A stretch of 64,000 nt of DNA from Candidatus Poribacteria bacterium (GTDB taxonomy: Bacteria; Poribacteria; WGA-4E; WGA-3G): assembly GCA_963663765.2 (NCBI GenBank), contig CAXXUA010000004.1:1024001-1088000 (forward strand), in the 5' to 3' direction. The position numbers and the translations under genes were made by a program. Below the pieces are notes generated by a model, which was given only the letters and a program-made list of their open reading frames with translations, was not told where the DNA came from and made no database searches. Below are positions 51,553 through 62,803 of the stretch, in pieces (positions within the stretch are counted from its first letter, which is position 1; the number at the start of each line of letters is the position of its first letter).

Positions 51553-51747
51553 CTATTCAGTTGTTATAGCACGCCAAACCTGATCATATTTCTTATAAAT
51601 GTTTTCAAGTTTTGATTTTTGATCGCTAAGGGCTCCGATTTCAGTCTCAAGATTTTGGTTCTCTGCTTTAATAACCCCCAGCAAACTTACTGTCATCTGT
51701 TCAAGCGTGCCGGTTTTATCATCAAGATTCACGTCGTTGAGGTCCAC
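51553..51747 (-). CDS. Small coiled-coil hypothetical protein
   Basis: AAGGAG RBS before GTG; 64 aa. Confidence 0.55.
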   Translation of the reverse strand: MDLNDVNLDDKTGTLEQMTVSLLGVIKAENQNLETEIGALSDQKSKLENIYKKYDQVWRAITTE

Positions 51748-51798
51748 AGTTATACTCCTTATAGTTCATAGTATATTCAAGTGTCCGTGTTGTATTCA

Positions 51799-54700
51799 TT
51801 AGTTTTCTCCTTCAGGATATAATGCGGGAAAACTGTTGATAATTTTTACCGTCTCAAGACTGACTGTTATAACACGCGCTATTAAGTCCACAATATACTT
51901 GGGGTTTTCCTCACTATTTGGGTCTCTCACAATATAACTTCCTTTACGTTTTTTTGTATCTTTATCCACCTTGATTTCGTACTGATTAACTATCCACTTC
52001 AAGGCGGACCAACTACCTAACTTATAGTCGTGTACTTCAGGGGGGATGCCTTCAATAGTTAAGAAATCGTTGTATTTAATCTGTGTATTATTGTTCTCAA
52101 AGGTCATCTTCTCAACAGACCAATTTAGCTTTGTGTTTGATTTTTCCTTAAGCGTCAATCCTTCGTATTTTGGAACTGACTCATAGTTGACATGGAGAGG
52201 CGCCAACTGCTTACCAGCATCTGCAAATGTCCAAAAGTCTTCAGCAAAAGGGATATGAGGAAGACTATCTTTGAGGTCCTCCCGGTACTTATTACGATAC
52301 TCCTTGTGATGTAACAGTCCATAGATATAGTAGAATATGTCCCACTTGGATATATTATCATCGTCGTACTGGTTTTGGAACTCTGCTAATGCCCAGTCAG
52401 TTATATTTTCACGGCGATTCGTCCCATCTTCACCGTAGGTGTAGAAAGGAAAACATTGGACCTTTTCAAATGCCAAATCTATACTCGGAATCCTATTAGT
52501 AGCAAGACAACCAAAACCTTTTCTATCACCAATACCAGCGACACAAATCACTTGATTTTCCGTTTCTGCTTCAAAAGTCGGAAATATGGAAGGAAACTGT
52601 CCGGGGCTGTCAATCAGAATTTTGTCAAGAAGTAGATTTGTTTTCGTAAAGGGTCTGTAAAGGGATTCCCTTACTTTGTGATTTACATATTCAGTGCTTA
52701 TCCCCCGCCTTAACTTGCTTTTTAAGTCACGACTCCATTTTATTTTGGTAGCATCGTTTAAAACAAAATCATTAACTTTAGGTTTAGGAGGTGCTTGACG
52801 CATATAACGATCCACTTCTGCATTGTAAGTTTCTATCATACGTTCAACATTATCACGCAGTGAGTCTTGATTAAAATTGTAAACCCAGGGATCTCTATTA
52901 GTTGACACACCGAGACTAAAGTTTTTAAAAATTACATCTTCTGCGGTCTTTGCAGTGATTACTTTGTCTGTTTTCACCTCTTTAGTTCCCAATGGAATAA
53001 GGTTATCATAATCTTCTTGGAGTCCTTCAGTGAGCCATCTATGCTTTGCGTCAGGTTGAATCTCTTGCCATGTAACGTTGTCTACATGTTGGTGTTTGTT
53101 AAGAAAATCAAACGTCTGTACCTTGTTCTGTAATTTTGCTTCATCGTTGTAAAAGATACATGGCGAGTCAACTGGTTCACCTGTTTTCACGAGCAGCGCG
53201 ATACTTACACCGACCGTAATGCCGAACACATTGGAGTCAGTTTGTCCTTCTCGCATACCTCCCCCTAAATTCAGTAGATATAGTGCGTTGAATCCTTCTG
53301 CCAAATGTTTGCGCATTCCATCAAACGTCCGTTTCATGATAAAACTGTTGTTCGTAACAAACGCAACGATACCGGTGTCTCCAATTCGTTCTGATGCCCA
53401 GAAAAACGCTCTCACATAAGGGTCATAAAGATATTTACTATATTGTGCATTGGAATCTTTTGAATATGTATCTTTAATCTGTTTGTCAAGGGGTGGATAT
53501 TCACGTTTTTTATTATTTTGGTTTTCATCGTCCTGACCTGCATAATATGGAGGGTTGCCGATAACGACAAACATATCTTTTTCTTCTTGCTGTTTAACCC
53601 GTTTCGTGTTTTCTTCAGAAAGGAGTGTCATCTGTACTTGATCGAACAATTCAAATGTATCTGCAAATGCGATACCATCAAAACGGAGATATTCCCCTAT
53701 AATATCTTTGTATTCTTGCTCAATGTTCAGGTTGGCGATATAGTAGGGTAATAACTCGTTTTCGTTGCAATGCAATTCGTTTTGATATTTTTTCTCTAAT
53801 GCAATTTTAGGGATGTCCTGCATCAGTCGGACGATGAAATTACCCGTGCCGACAAATGGATCTATGATATGAACACCTGTGTCGGAAAGCGAACGCTTAA
53901 ACTCTCTTTGTAGGAGATACTCAACGCTGTTGACCATAAAATCTACTATCGGTTGCGGCGTATAGTAAGTACCTTGTGTAGCTGCTTTTTTTTCACAGTA
54001 CTCTCTAAAAAATGTCTCATAGACGGTGTTGAGAAAGTGTTGTTTTTCTGAGAAGTCTTTACATTGGGTTGCAGCGTTTTCAATGGCAACATAGAACGGG
54101 TCAAGAGGTTTGAGAAAATCGTCACGACTCATCGCTTGTTGCATAAGTGCTGCGCTCACCTTTTCAATCTCAACGGCAATGATATTTCGGTTTGCAAAAT
54201 CCGATAGATTAAAAACTTTTCTGAAAATACGTTCAGTGAGAATATGCTGGATGAGCATCTCTTCAACGGTATCTTGTAAAAGTTTCGGGTCAATTGAGTT
54301 AAGACAGACTTGGTAGAAAGCAGCGAATGCTGCCTTATAGGAGGCATTTGTTTTATGTTGTTCGGTAATAAGTTCTTTCAATTTGTCTGCAAGTGCTGGA
54401 ATCCGATCACTGAATTTTTCAACTGCCTCATACCAATCGCTGAAAGTGGTATCTGAATATGAGAAAAGTCGTTGAAGTGCCTCCACAAGATTTTTGGAGT
54501 CGGTGATGTCTGTGTTTAGCACTTCCTGTTCGTCCTGAAACAATATAGCGCGCTCAGGAGTTTGAAACAGGATATTGTCAAATGGATAACCGTTTTGACG
54601 TTTCTCCTGAATCGCTATCGGGAGATCGTCATCTATGTCTTTCGCTTCCCAGTAAACGATAGGGAGTCCGTATTCATCTATAACCGCTCCGTCAATGAAG

Positions 54701-54900
54701 ATATTGTTTCCTGCTGTGGTGCGCATCGGATATTGTGGGACAAAGGTTGCTTTTACCTTTTTTGCACAAATATCAAGTAAGATAGCAAAAGGGTTACTCA
54801 CTGTGCCTTCGTGTGTAAGGTTATGCTGCTCGTATTGCTCCAATGCTTTGTAATAGTCTTTTATAGACTTGTGTGTGTGTTTAAGATTCAGTTTTTCCAT
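51799..54900 (-). CDS. Single-chain restriction-modification enzyme (nuclease, N6-adenine MTase, type ISP-like specificity domain; no helicase)
   Basis: DG...WEAKD nuclease motif; YTPQPIVDFMV, IIDPFVGTGNF and GNPPY; ISP-type C-terminus DPN...P.YIVDLIARVITVSLET. Confidence 0.92.
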   Translation of the reverse strand: MEKLNLKHTHKSIKDYYKALEQYEQHNLTHEGTVSNPFAILLDICAKKVKATFVPQYPMRTTAGNNIFIDGAVIDEYGLPIVYWEAKDIDDDLPIAIQEKRQNGYPFDNILFQTPERAILFQDEQEVLNTDITDSKNLVEALQRLFSYSDTTFSDWYEAVEKFSDRIPALADKLKELITEQHKTNASYKAAFAAFYQVCLNSIDPKLLQDTVEEMLIQHILTERIFRKVFNLSDFANRNIIAVEIEKVSAALMQQAMSRDDFLKPLDPFYVAIENAATQCKDFSEKQHFLNTVYETFFREYCEKKAATQGTYYTPQPIVDFMVNSVEYLLQREFKRSLSDTGVHIIDPFVGTGNFIVRLMQDIPKIALEKKYQNELHCNENELLPYYIANLNIEQEYKDIIGEYLRFDGIAFADTFELFDQVQMTLLSEENTKRVKQQEEKDMFVVIGNPPYYAGQDDENQNNKKREYPPLDKQIKDTYSKDSNAQYSKYLYDPYVRAFFWASERIGDTGIVAFVTNNSFIMKRTFDGMRKHLAEGFNALYLLNLGGGMREGQTDSNVFGITVGVSIALLVKTGEPVDSPCIFYNDEAKLQNKVQTFDFLNKHQHVDNVTWQEIQPDAKHRWLTEGLQEDYDNLIPLGTKEVKTDKVITAKTAEDVIFKNFSLGVSTNRDPWVYNFNQDSLRDNVERMIETYNAEVDRYMRQAPPKPKVNDFVLNDATKIKWSRDLKSKLRRGISTEYVNHKVRESLYRPFTKTNLLLDKILIDSPGQFPSIFPTFEAETENQVICVAGIGDRKGFGCLATNRIPSIDLAFEKVQCFPFYTYGEDGTNRRENITDWALAEFQNQYDDDNISKWDIFYYIYGLLHHKEYRNKYREDLKDSLPHIPFAEDFWTFADAGKQLAPLHVNYESVPKYEGLTLKEKSNTKLNWSVEKMTFENNNTQIKYNDFLTIEGIPPEVHDYKLGSWSALKWIVNQYEIKVDKDTKKRKGSYIVRDPNSEENPKYIVDLIARVITVSLETVKIINSFPALYPEGEN

Positions 54901-54916
54901 AAGGTTACCATTGGTG

Positions 54917-55720
54917 TTAAGTTAATTCTGATTGATTACAAGAGTCAACGATGCGAAGTAGATGACTCGCGAAGATTATCACTTCAGCTGCTTCTTCACC
55001 GGAAATTTCAACTTCTCGGTGGCTACCGGGATTTTTATAGGACCCAATCGCACCAGCAAACAGATCTGAGCGCGCTTGCTTTTCAGCTTGCTGTTGATTT
55101 TGGTCAGTCAGATTACCATTGTCAACATTAAACGCCTTACGCATTAAAGCAACTCCTATATCTGTATCGTTATAGTTTCCTGCTTTACGGACAGCGATTT
55201 CAACTTGTTTGAATGCTTCCAACACGGCTGTATCATAAGACCCTTGTAAGAAAAGAGACCAAACTTTTTGTACGATTATAGGATGAAGTCGCCCTTTAGG
55301 TAGGAGTTCTACCTTGCGATAAGTTTCTAAATCTTCAGATGTCCCGACCCTTTGTCCGCGTCTAGTAACAAAGTATGTAGTACTTGTACCCGCAGAACTA
55401 ATGTTTGACAAGCTTGTTGGACTTGGTGCGACAAAACCTTCTCGCTGCAACCACTGCCAAGCTTCCATGAGTGCATAGAGGACCTTGTCATGACATTCTG
55501 GTGGATAATTTAGGTTCAGTTCTTTTTTCTTGGAATCTGACATGCGATTCAAATCACTTGACATAGCTTGATATGAGATAATGCCTTCCGGTCTGATAGA
55601 TTGGGTGCCCTTTAGAGATAGTAAAGACAATAGAAGCGGTCCGGCGAGTTCTTCTGGTTCAAGGCTTAATAAATGCTCTGCATTTGGAAGTAGTTCAAAT
55701 AGTTTATAGAAGATTGGCAT
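54917..55720 (-). CDS. TIGR02391 family protein
   Basis: LHP.I...F..G.YD.AV.EAFK.VE..VR; G..LM.KAF; LFAGAIG..KNP.SH. Confidence 0.85.
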   Translation of the reverse strand: MPIFYKLFELLPNAEHLLSLEPEELAGPLLLSLLSLKGTQSIRPEGIISYQAMSSDLNRMSDSKKKELNLNYPPECHDKVLYALMEAWQWLQREGFVAPSPTSLSNISSAGTSTTYFVTRRGQRVGTSEDLETYRKVELLPKGRLHPIIVQKVWSLFLQGSYDTAVLEAFKQVEIAVRKAGNYNDTDIGVALMRKAFNVDNGNLTDQNQQQAEKQARSDLFAGAIGSYKNPGSHREVEISGEEAAEVIIFASHLLRIVDSCNQSELT

Positions 55721-55976
55721 GAATTGTTATCCTGTTTAGAAATATAGTGTCTTTGTGGGTTTCCTGTGCTGCACACGATAAACATTTGCTGCAGACAGAA
55801 TCTTTATATGACTCTTCGTTTCCAAATGGTAAAGGCATTTGTGTTGCTTGTGACAAATCTATTTATCGCTTTCTTGCATAGGCAATGTAACATAATTTGT
55901 TTAAAATGAATGCTTCGTATTTATACGGGATTATACTACAACATTTCTATGAAGTCAATCAGATACTTTCTGGATT

Positions 55977-56097
55977 CAGGGTTATTCAGTTTTCCTAATT
56001 CTTGGATTTTTCCAAAAAGAACCCCGCGGTAGGAGCGACCTCCCGGTCGCGATTATCTCACAAAAATGTGAAAAATGGTTAAAACTGAATAACCCTA
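55977..56097. mobile_element. MITE with CAGGGTTATTCAGTTTT TIRs, 9-bp TSD and REP cargo
   Basis: TTCTGGATT on both flanks; internal GTAGGAGCGACCTCCCGGTCGCGA. Confidence 0.85.
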
Positions 56098-56243
56098 TTC
56101 TGGATTCAATTATTCAATTCAATTACTAATTTCACCATTCAAACAAAAATGTACATCTAATTTGACTGAAATAATGATATAATAATCTTTAGAAATTATA
56201 TTTGAGAAATTTTTAACCGCACCCAACAAGGAGAAAATCAACT

Positions 56244-57341
56244 ATGGCTCAAGAAAACAATCAAGATTATTATATATACATCGGCACTTATACACGCGGA
56301 GATAGTGAAGGCATCTATGTCTATCGTTTAGATAATGACACTGGCGCATTAGAATATTCCAGTAAGATAACAGGTGTTGAAAACCCTTCGTTTCTGGACA
56401 TTCACCCAACGGGACGTTATCTATTCGCTGTCAATGAAATCGGGCAATATGAAGGCAAAGCAAGCGGTGCTGTCACAGCATTTTTCATTCATCAAAGCAC
56501 TGGTGAGATTAGTTACCTAAACCAACGTGCGACCGGGGGTGGCGCACCATGCCATGTTAGCGTTGACGCAACAAGGAAGTATCTTCTTGTCGCAAATTAC
56601 GGAGGCGGAAACGTAGCAGCATTTCCAATCGGAAAAGATGGAAGACTGGGTGAAGCATCTGATTTCGTTCAGCACCAAGGGTCCAGTGTCAACCCAAGAA
56701 GGCAATCAGAACCCCATGCACATGCAATCATGATAGATCCAGACAACCGTTTTGCATTCTCACCTGACCTCGGACTTGACAAAATACTCATCTACCAACT
56801 GGACTTAGAAAATGGAAAACTCGTCCCTAACACACAACCATGGGTAAGAGTTCACCCAGGTGCAGGTCCACGACATCTTGATTTCCATCCAAACAGGAAA
56901 TTCGCCTATGTCATAAACGAATTGGATTCTACTTTCACAGCATTTCAGTATGACGCAAGTGCGGGAACCCTTACTGAAATACAAACAATTTCCACTCTTC
57001 CAGAAGACTTTGATGGAACAAGTCACTGTGCTGATGTTCACGTCCATCCTTCAGGCAAGTTCCTTTACGGATCCAACCGCGGACATGACAGCATCGTTAT
57101 CTGTGCAATTGACCAACAAACTGGCATGCTCAGCTACATCGATTGCGAATCAACGCAGGGACAATCACCACGCAACTTCGGACTAAATCCTGATGGCACA
57201 CTCCTCTTAGCAGCAAATCAGCAAACGAACAACATCGTTACATTCTCTGTTGATACAGACACAGGTAAATTAACACCAACTGGAAGCGTTACGGAAGTAC
57301 CAACACCAGTCTGTTTAAAAATGCTTGCCTGCAGTGTATAA
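56244..57341 (+). CDS. pgl: 6-phosphogluconolactonase-family beta-propeller lactonase
   Basis: YIGTYT, NPSFL, VANY.GG, RQ..PHAH, GAGPRH, LYGSNRGHDSI and PRNF motifs. Confidence 0.9.
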   Translation: MAQENNQDYYIYIGTYTRGDSEGIYVYRLDNDTGALEYSSKITGVENPSFLDIHPTGRYLFAVNEIGQYEGKASGAVTAFFIHQSTGEISYLNQRATGGGAPCHVSVDATRKYLLVANYGGGNVAAFPIGKDGRLGEASDFVQHQGSSVNPRRQSEPHAHAIMIDPDNRFAFSPDLGLDKILIYQLDLENGKLVPNTQPWVRVHPGAGPRHLDFHPNRKFAYVINELDSTFTAFQYDASAGTLTEIQTISTLPEDFDGTSHCADVHVHPSGKFLYGSNRGHDSIVICAIDQQTGMLSYIDCESTQGQSPRNFGLNPDGTLLLAANQQTNNIVTFSVDTDTGKLTPTGSVTEVPTPVCLKMLACSV

Positions 57342-57394
57342 CTGAAAATATATGTAGATTTTAGTATAGTTTGGTCACTTCCCATCTCGTAATC

Positions 57395-58195
57395 GTAGGG
57401 AAGAGGTCACCTCGTCCCATAGGCGTCAATTTAAGGGTTTTGACCTCTTGTGGGAGGGGTTTTCAACCCCGACAGAAGCCAAACGCGCTTCTGACGTTGA
57501 TTTGGATTTTATGTGCATTTGCTCTCAAATCGGGGTTGAAAACCCGCCAAATGCCATACGCACATTTGGCGTTGTTTCACTCCAACAAGAGAAATGCCAA
57601 CACTTTTTTCTTAAATTGACGCTTATGGGAAGAGGTCACCTCGTCACTATTATAGTGAAATCCATAAATATGTTGACACTCCCTGGTAGGTGCGGTTTCT
57701 AACCGCACGATTTATACAGGTTCGGTTAGGAAACCGAACTACCGTCGTGTATAAGTAATTATGGATTTTACTATAATTGGGTAATAAAACATTTCCCCAA
57801 CGGTAGGCGCGCTTTGTAAGCGCGCTGTTGCGACTTGATGTGCCAGCGCGCTTACAAAGCGCGCCTACCAGGGAGGTAGATAAAATTACCTGATTTATTT
57901 ATTAATCTTCATAACCCAATCCCTACGCGTTCAACTACCGATTTTGATTGTCAAAGTTCATTAGGTGTCAACTTAAGGAATTTATTCTCTTGTGGGAGGG
58001 GTTTTCAACCCCGACAGAAGCCAAACGCGCTTCTGACGTTGATTTGGATTTTATGTTCATTTCCACTCAAATCGGGGTTGCAAACCCGCCAAATGCCATA
58101 CGCGCATTTGGCGTTGATTCACTCCCACAAGAGAATATGCCAACACTTTTTTCTTAAGTTGACACCTATGGGGCGGGGAGACCCCGCCCCTACGA
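57395..58195. repeat. Cluster of IS4-like MITEs, a TATAGT..ACTATA MITE and REPs
   Basis: IS4-like copies at 57418-57627 and ~57960-58170, each with two 34-nt inserts; TATAGTGAAATCC element at ~57651-57775. Confidence 0.8.
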
Positions 58196-58212
58196 TTTAG
58201 GTTAATTTGGTA

Positions 58213-58713
58213 TTACTCCTTTGACGCATCCGCTAACACTTTCTGTATCTGTTCAATCTCCATACCAAGTTCCGCGTGAAGTGCTTTCACCCGTTGAAAC
58301 CGGTCCATAAGTCCAGATATCCCCGATGCATAAACTGCTTGTTCTACACCAATATTACGTTGAGGAGCAGCTTTTTTTCTGGTATCAGATTTTGATTGAG
58401 TCTTATCCGCTTCGGTTTCTTTCACCCATCCTGAAACACACTTTTTCATACTGAAAGTGTCCTCAATACCATCAGCACGCACAATACAGAACGCACGTGC
58501 ACCCACTTGTGGATGAAGTCCAACCTTAAAATGTTTAACTTCCTGTCCATCCAATTTCTCATCAGCCTCTGGATGGTATAAAAAGAGTTCATGCATTATT
58601 TCACCATCTGTTCCCGATATTGGTTCATCCAAAGGGGTATCAGTTAACAAGTGGTGAACATGCTGTCGTACATCCGCAATTGAAGCGAATGTTTGACCAC
58701 CTATTTCAAACAT
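58213..58713 (-). CDS. DUF3223 (DCL-like) domain protein
   Basis: L..YHPE..EK...V..F.VG.HP...R.F..VR.DG..D.FS..KC pattern; AGGAG RBS. Confidence 0.7.
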   Translation of the reverse strand: MFEIGGQTFASIADVRQHVHHLLTDTPLDEPISGTDGEIMHELFLYHPEADEKLDGQEVKHFKVGLHPQVGARAFCIVRADGIEDTFSMKKCVSGWVKETEADKTQSKSDTRKKAAPQRNIGVEQAVYASGISGLMDRFQRVKALHAELGMEIEQIQKVLADASKE

Positions 58714-58900
58714 CGTTTCTCTCCTATTTCATTTTATGATCTTACAATCCTTTTTGGCTTACATACTCTGTGTTACTATAAGTGTTAATCTGAACATAGA
58801 CATTCTTGTAGGAGGGTTTTCAGTTCCAATATAACAACTTTACACTAAAAAAATTGGTTTACAATATGACCCTCCCACAAGAGAATACTCAAAATTCAAT

Positions 58901-59524
58901 TATAGTGGATTTTAAAATAAATTTACACTTTCAGGTGTAGGAGGGAACTCCGATTCCCGACTATCAAGACCGTCAGTCGCGATTCGGAGATCGCTCCTAC
59001 AGAAAACTTGTAAAAATAATTGTATATTTCACTATATAATAAATTTACACTTTCAGGTGTAGGAGGGAACTCCAATTCCCGACTATCAAGGTGTTCAGTC
59101 GCGATTCGGAGATCGCTCCTACAGAAAACGTGTAAAAATAATTGTATATTTCACTAAAAAATAAATTTACTCTTTCAGGTGTAGGAGGGAACTCCGATTC
59201 CCGACTATCAAGGTGTTCAGTCGCGATTCGGAGATCGCTCCTACAGAAAACGTGTAAAAATAATTGTATATTTCACTAAAAAATAAATTTACTCTTTCAG
59301 GTGTAGGAGGGAACTCCGATTCCCGACTATCAAGGTGTTCAGTCGCGATTCGGAGATCGCTCCTACAGAAAACGTGTAAAAATAATTGTATATTTCACTA
59401 AAAAATAAATTTACTCTTTCAGGTGTAGGAGGGAACTCCGATTCCCGACTATCAAGGTGTTCAGTCGCGATTCGGAGATCGCTCCTACAGAAAACGTGTA
59501 AAAATAATTGTATATTTCACTATA
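58901..59524. repeat. Five tandem ~121-bp MITE/REP-doublet units
   Basis: GTAGGAGGGAACTCCGATTCCCGA...TCGCGATTCGGAGATCGCTCCTAC five times. Confidence 0.9.
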
Positions 59525-59539
59525 TAAACCATAACCTGC

Positions 59540-61144
59540 TCACCTTCGTTGGCGACGTTTACGTCGATGTTCTCTAAGTTTGTCCCACGGATAGATGAAA
59601 CAGCGATTAGCCCAATCTTGATACAGTTCATCCAACGCCTTCACCTTTTGCGGATGTTTGTCAGCGATATTGTCTATCTCTGACCGCTCTGCTTCCAGAT
59701 CGTAGAGTTCCCAATCACCAGGAAATCTACAGACAAGTTTCATATCCCCTTGACGCACAGCACAGTTCCCTTCGTGTTCCCAATACAGGATCTCTTTACC
59801 GTTATCCTTATCATCAAAAATCGGAACTAAGCTTGTTCCTTCTAACGGCAAAATCGGTTTGCCATCATGTTCTTCGGGATAGGACGCACCAGAAATCTCT
59901 AAACATGTCGGCATAATATCCGTAAGTTGTCCGGGTTGATGCCGTAATTCACCGGTGGATTTTATTCCTTCAGGCCAATGTGCAATCAGCGGTGTAGAAA
60001 TGCCACCCTCATGCACCCAGTGTTTGTAAAGACGGAACGGCGTATTAGATAGATTTGCCCACGGAACACCATAACTCTGATATGTCGTCTCAGGTCCGGG
60101 CATAATACTCGGATCGTTACCACGATACACAGGTTTGCCATCAGATGTTGTTTGCGTACTAATGTGTGTGTCTCTATCGCGTTTCGCTCGCTGACCACCG
60201 AGTTCTTCTGCACAGCCACCATTGTCGGCTAAAAATAGAATGAGTGTGTTTTCGTATTCTCCTGTCTCTTTCAACGTATCAATGATACGTCCGATTCCAG
60301 CATCCATACGTGTAATTTGTGCAGCATAAACCTCCATCCGACGTTGGTTCCACTCCTTATATTGCGCTTCAGTCCACGGACGTTGTGATCTATCCCGATC
60401 TGTCAATCGCCACGCTTCATCCAACAATTTCATCTCACGCATCCGCGACAACCGCTCTTCTCGAAGTTCATCCCATCCCGCTGCGAAACGTCCGTTGTAC
60501 TTCGCAATGTCCTCTTCGTGCGCATGAAGTGGCCAGTGTGGCGCAGTATACGCAACATAAGTAAAGAACGGACTCTCAGTTTTTCTAAAATGATGATCAT
60601 GGATGTACTTCACCGCTTCATCGCTGACAGCATCGGTGAAGAAATAACCTTCAGGAAGGTCGTCACTATCAAGCCGTGTGTTATTCCGTGTAAGCGTCTT
60701 CGGTTTCCAGAAATGAGCTGCCCCAGAGATAATGCCATAGTATTCGTCAAAACCACGTTGACATGGCCAACTGTGCTTAGGACCATCTGCACCAATGTGA
60801 CGCGATATATGCCATTTACCACTCATATATGTGCTATATCCTTCTGAACGTACCGCATCTGCGATCGTAATACAGCGGTCATGCAGGTCACCACGATAGC
60901 CTTCCAATCCATCGTCATTCATCATGTGTCCCACACCTGTTTGGTGCGCATGAAGTCCCGTAAGCATAGAAGCACGTGATGGACAACACCGCGCAGTGTT
61001 ATAAAACTGCGTGAACCGAAGACCATCAGAAGCAAGTCCATCAAGATTTGGGGTCTGAACTTCTCCACCATAACACCCCAAATCTGAAAAACCCATATCA
61101 TCATTTAGGATAAGAACTATATTTGGTTTTTTGTTCTCTGACAT
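59540..61144 (-). CDS. Arylsulfatase (Cys-type), copy 2
   Basis: PNIVLIL.DD.G; CCPSRASMLTG; GKWH; DNG. Confidence 0.95.
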   Translation of the reverse strand: MSENKKPNIVLILNDDMGFSDLGCYGGEVQTPNLDGLASDGLRFTQFYNTARCCPSRASMLTGLHAHQTGVGHMMNDDGLEGYRGDLHDRCITIADAVRSEGYSTYMSGKWHISRHIGADGPKHSWPCQRGFDEYYGIISGAAHFWKPKTLTRNNTRLDSDDLPEGYFFTDAVSDEAVKYIHDHHFRKTESPFFTYVAYTAPHWPLHAHEEDIAKYNGRFAAGWDELREERLSRMREMKLLDEAWRLTDRDRSQRPWTEAQYKEWNQRRMEVYAAQITRMDAGIGRIIDTLKETGEYENTLILFLADNGGCAEELGGQRAKRDRDTHISTQTTSDGKPVYRGNDPSIMPGPETTYQSYGVPWANLSNTPFRLYKHWVHEGGISTPLIAHWPEGIKSTGELRHQPGQLTDIMPTCLEISGASYPEEHDGKPILPLEGTSLVPIFDDKDNGKEILYWEHEGNCAVRQGDMKLVCRFPGDWELYDLEAERSEIDNIADKHPQKVKALDELYQDWANRCFIYPWDKLREHRRKRRQRR

Positions 61145-61198
61145 AATATACTCCTTTTGTGGTTTATTTCACACGAAATAATATTGTTTTTCCGACAA

Positions 61199-62803
61199 TT
61201 AACGTTTCTGATGACTTAATCTACGATGCTCTCTAAGTTTGTCCCACGGATAGATGAAACAGCGGTTAGCCCAATCTTGATACAGATCATCCAACGCCTT
61301 CACCTTTTGTGGATGTTTGTCAGCGATATTGTCTATCTCTGACCGTTCTGCTTCCAGATCGTAGAGTTCCCAATCACCTGGAAATCTACAGACAAGTTTC
61401 ATATCCCCTTGCCGAATAGCACAGTTCCCTTCGTGTTCCCAATACAGGATCTCTTTACCGTTATCCTTATCATCAAAAATCGGAACTAAGCTTGTACCTT
61501 CAAACGGCAAAATCGGTTTGCCATCATGTTCTTCGGGATAGGATGCACCAGAAATCTCCAAACATGTCGGCATAATATCCGTAAGTTGTCCGGGTTGATG
61601 CCGTAATTCACCGGTGGATTTTATTCCTTCAGGCCAATGTGCAATCAGGGGTGTAGAAATGCCACCTTCATGCACCCAGTGTTTGTAAAGACGGAACGGC
61701 GTATTAGATAGATTTGCCCACGGAACACCATAACTCTGATAGGTCGTCTCAGGTCCGGGCATAATACTCGGATCGTTACCACGATACACAGGTTTACCAT
61801 CAGATGTTGTTTGCGTACTAATGTGTGTGTCTCTATCGCGTTTCGCTGGCGGACCACCGAGTTCTTCTGCACAACCACCATTGTCTGCTAAAAACAGAAT
61901 GAGTGTGTTTTCGTATTCTTCTGTCTCTTTCAACGCATCAATGATACGTCCGATTCCAGCATCCATACGTGTAATTTGTGCAGCATAAACCTCCATCCGA
62001 CGTTGGTTCCACTCCTTATATTGTGCTTCAGTCCACGGACGTTGTGATCCATCCCGATCTGTCAATCGCCACGCTTCATCCAACAATTTCATCTCACGCA
62101 TCCGCGACAACCGCTCTTCTCGAAGTTCATCCCATCCCGAAGCGAAACGTCCGTTGTACTTCGCAATGTCCTCTTCGTGCGCATGAAGTGGCCAGTGTGG
62201 CGCAGTATACGCAACATAAGTAAAGAACGGACTCTCAGATTTTCTAAAATGATGATCATGAATGTACTTCACCGCTTCATCGCTGACAGCATCGGTGAAG
62301 AAATAACCTTCAGGAAGATCGTCACTATCAAGCCGTGTGTTATTCCGTGTAAGCGTATTCGGTTTCCAGAAATTAGCTGCCCCAGTGATAATGCCATAGT
62401 ATTCGTCAAAACCACGTTGACAAGGCCAACTGTGCTTAGGACCATCTGCACCAATGTGACGCGATATATGCCATTTGCCACTCATATATGTGCTATATCC
62501 TTCTGAACGTACCGCATCTGCGATCGTAATACAGCGGTCATTCAGGTCACCACGATAGCCTTCCAACCCATCGTCACCCATCATGTGTCCCACACCTGTT
62601 TGGTGCGGATGAAGTCCCGTAAGCATAGAAGCACGTGATGGACAACACCGAGCCGTGTTATAAAACTGTGTGAACCGAAGCCCACCAGAAGCAAGTCCAT
62701 CAAGATTTGGGGTCTGAACTTCTCCACCATAACACCCCAAATCTGAAAAACCCATATCATCATTAAGGATAAGAACTATATTTGGTTTTTTGTTCTCTGA
62801 CAT
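61199..62803 (-). CDS. Arylsulfatase (Cys-type), copy 1
   Basis: Same motifs; near-identical tandem paralog. Confidence 0.95.
   Translation of the reverse strand: MSENKKPNIVLILNDDMGFSDLGCYGGEVQTPNLDGLASGGLRFTQFYNTARCCPSRASMLTGLHPHQTGVGHMMGDDGLEGYRGDLNDRCITIADAVRSEGYSTYMSGKWHISRHIGADGPKHSWPCQRGFDEYYGIITGAANFWKPNTLTRNNTRLDSDDLPEGYFFTDAVSDEAVKYIHDHHFRKSESPFFTYVAYTAPHWPLHAHEEDIAKYNGRFASGWDELREERLSRMREMKLLDEAWRLTDRDGSQRPWTEAQYKEWNQRRMEVYAAQITRMDAGIGRIIDALKETEEYENTLILFLADNGGCAEELGGPPAKRDRDTHISTQTTSDGKPVYRGNDPSIMPGPETTYQSYGVPWANLSNTPFRLYKHWVHEGGISTPLIAHWPEGIKSTGELRHQPGQLTDIMPTCLEISGASYPEEHDGKPILPFEGTSLVPIFDDKDNGKEILYWEHEGNCAIRQGDMKLVCRFPGDWELYDLEAERSEIDNIADKHPQKVKALDDLYQDWANRCFIYPWDKLREHRRLSHQKR

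Noticed and set aside
40479-55720. Integron or prophage as the explanation for the island
   Set aside because: No integrase, attC-like sites, tRNA or phage structural genes were seen.
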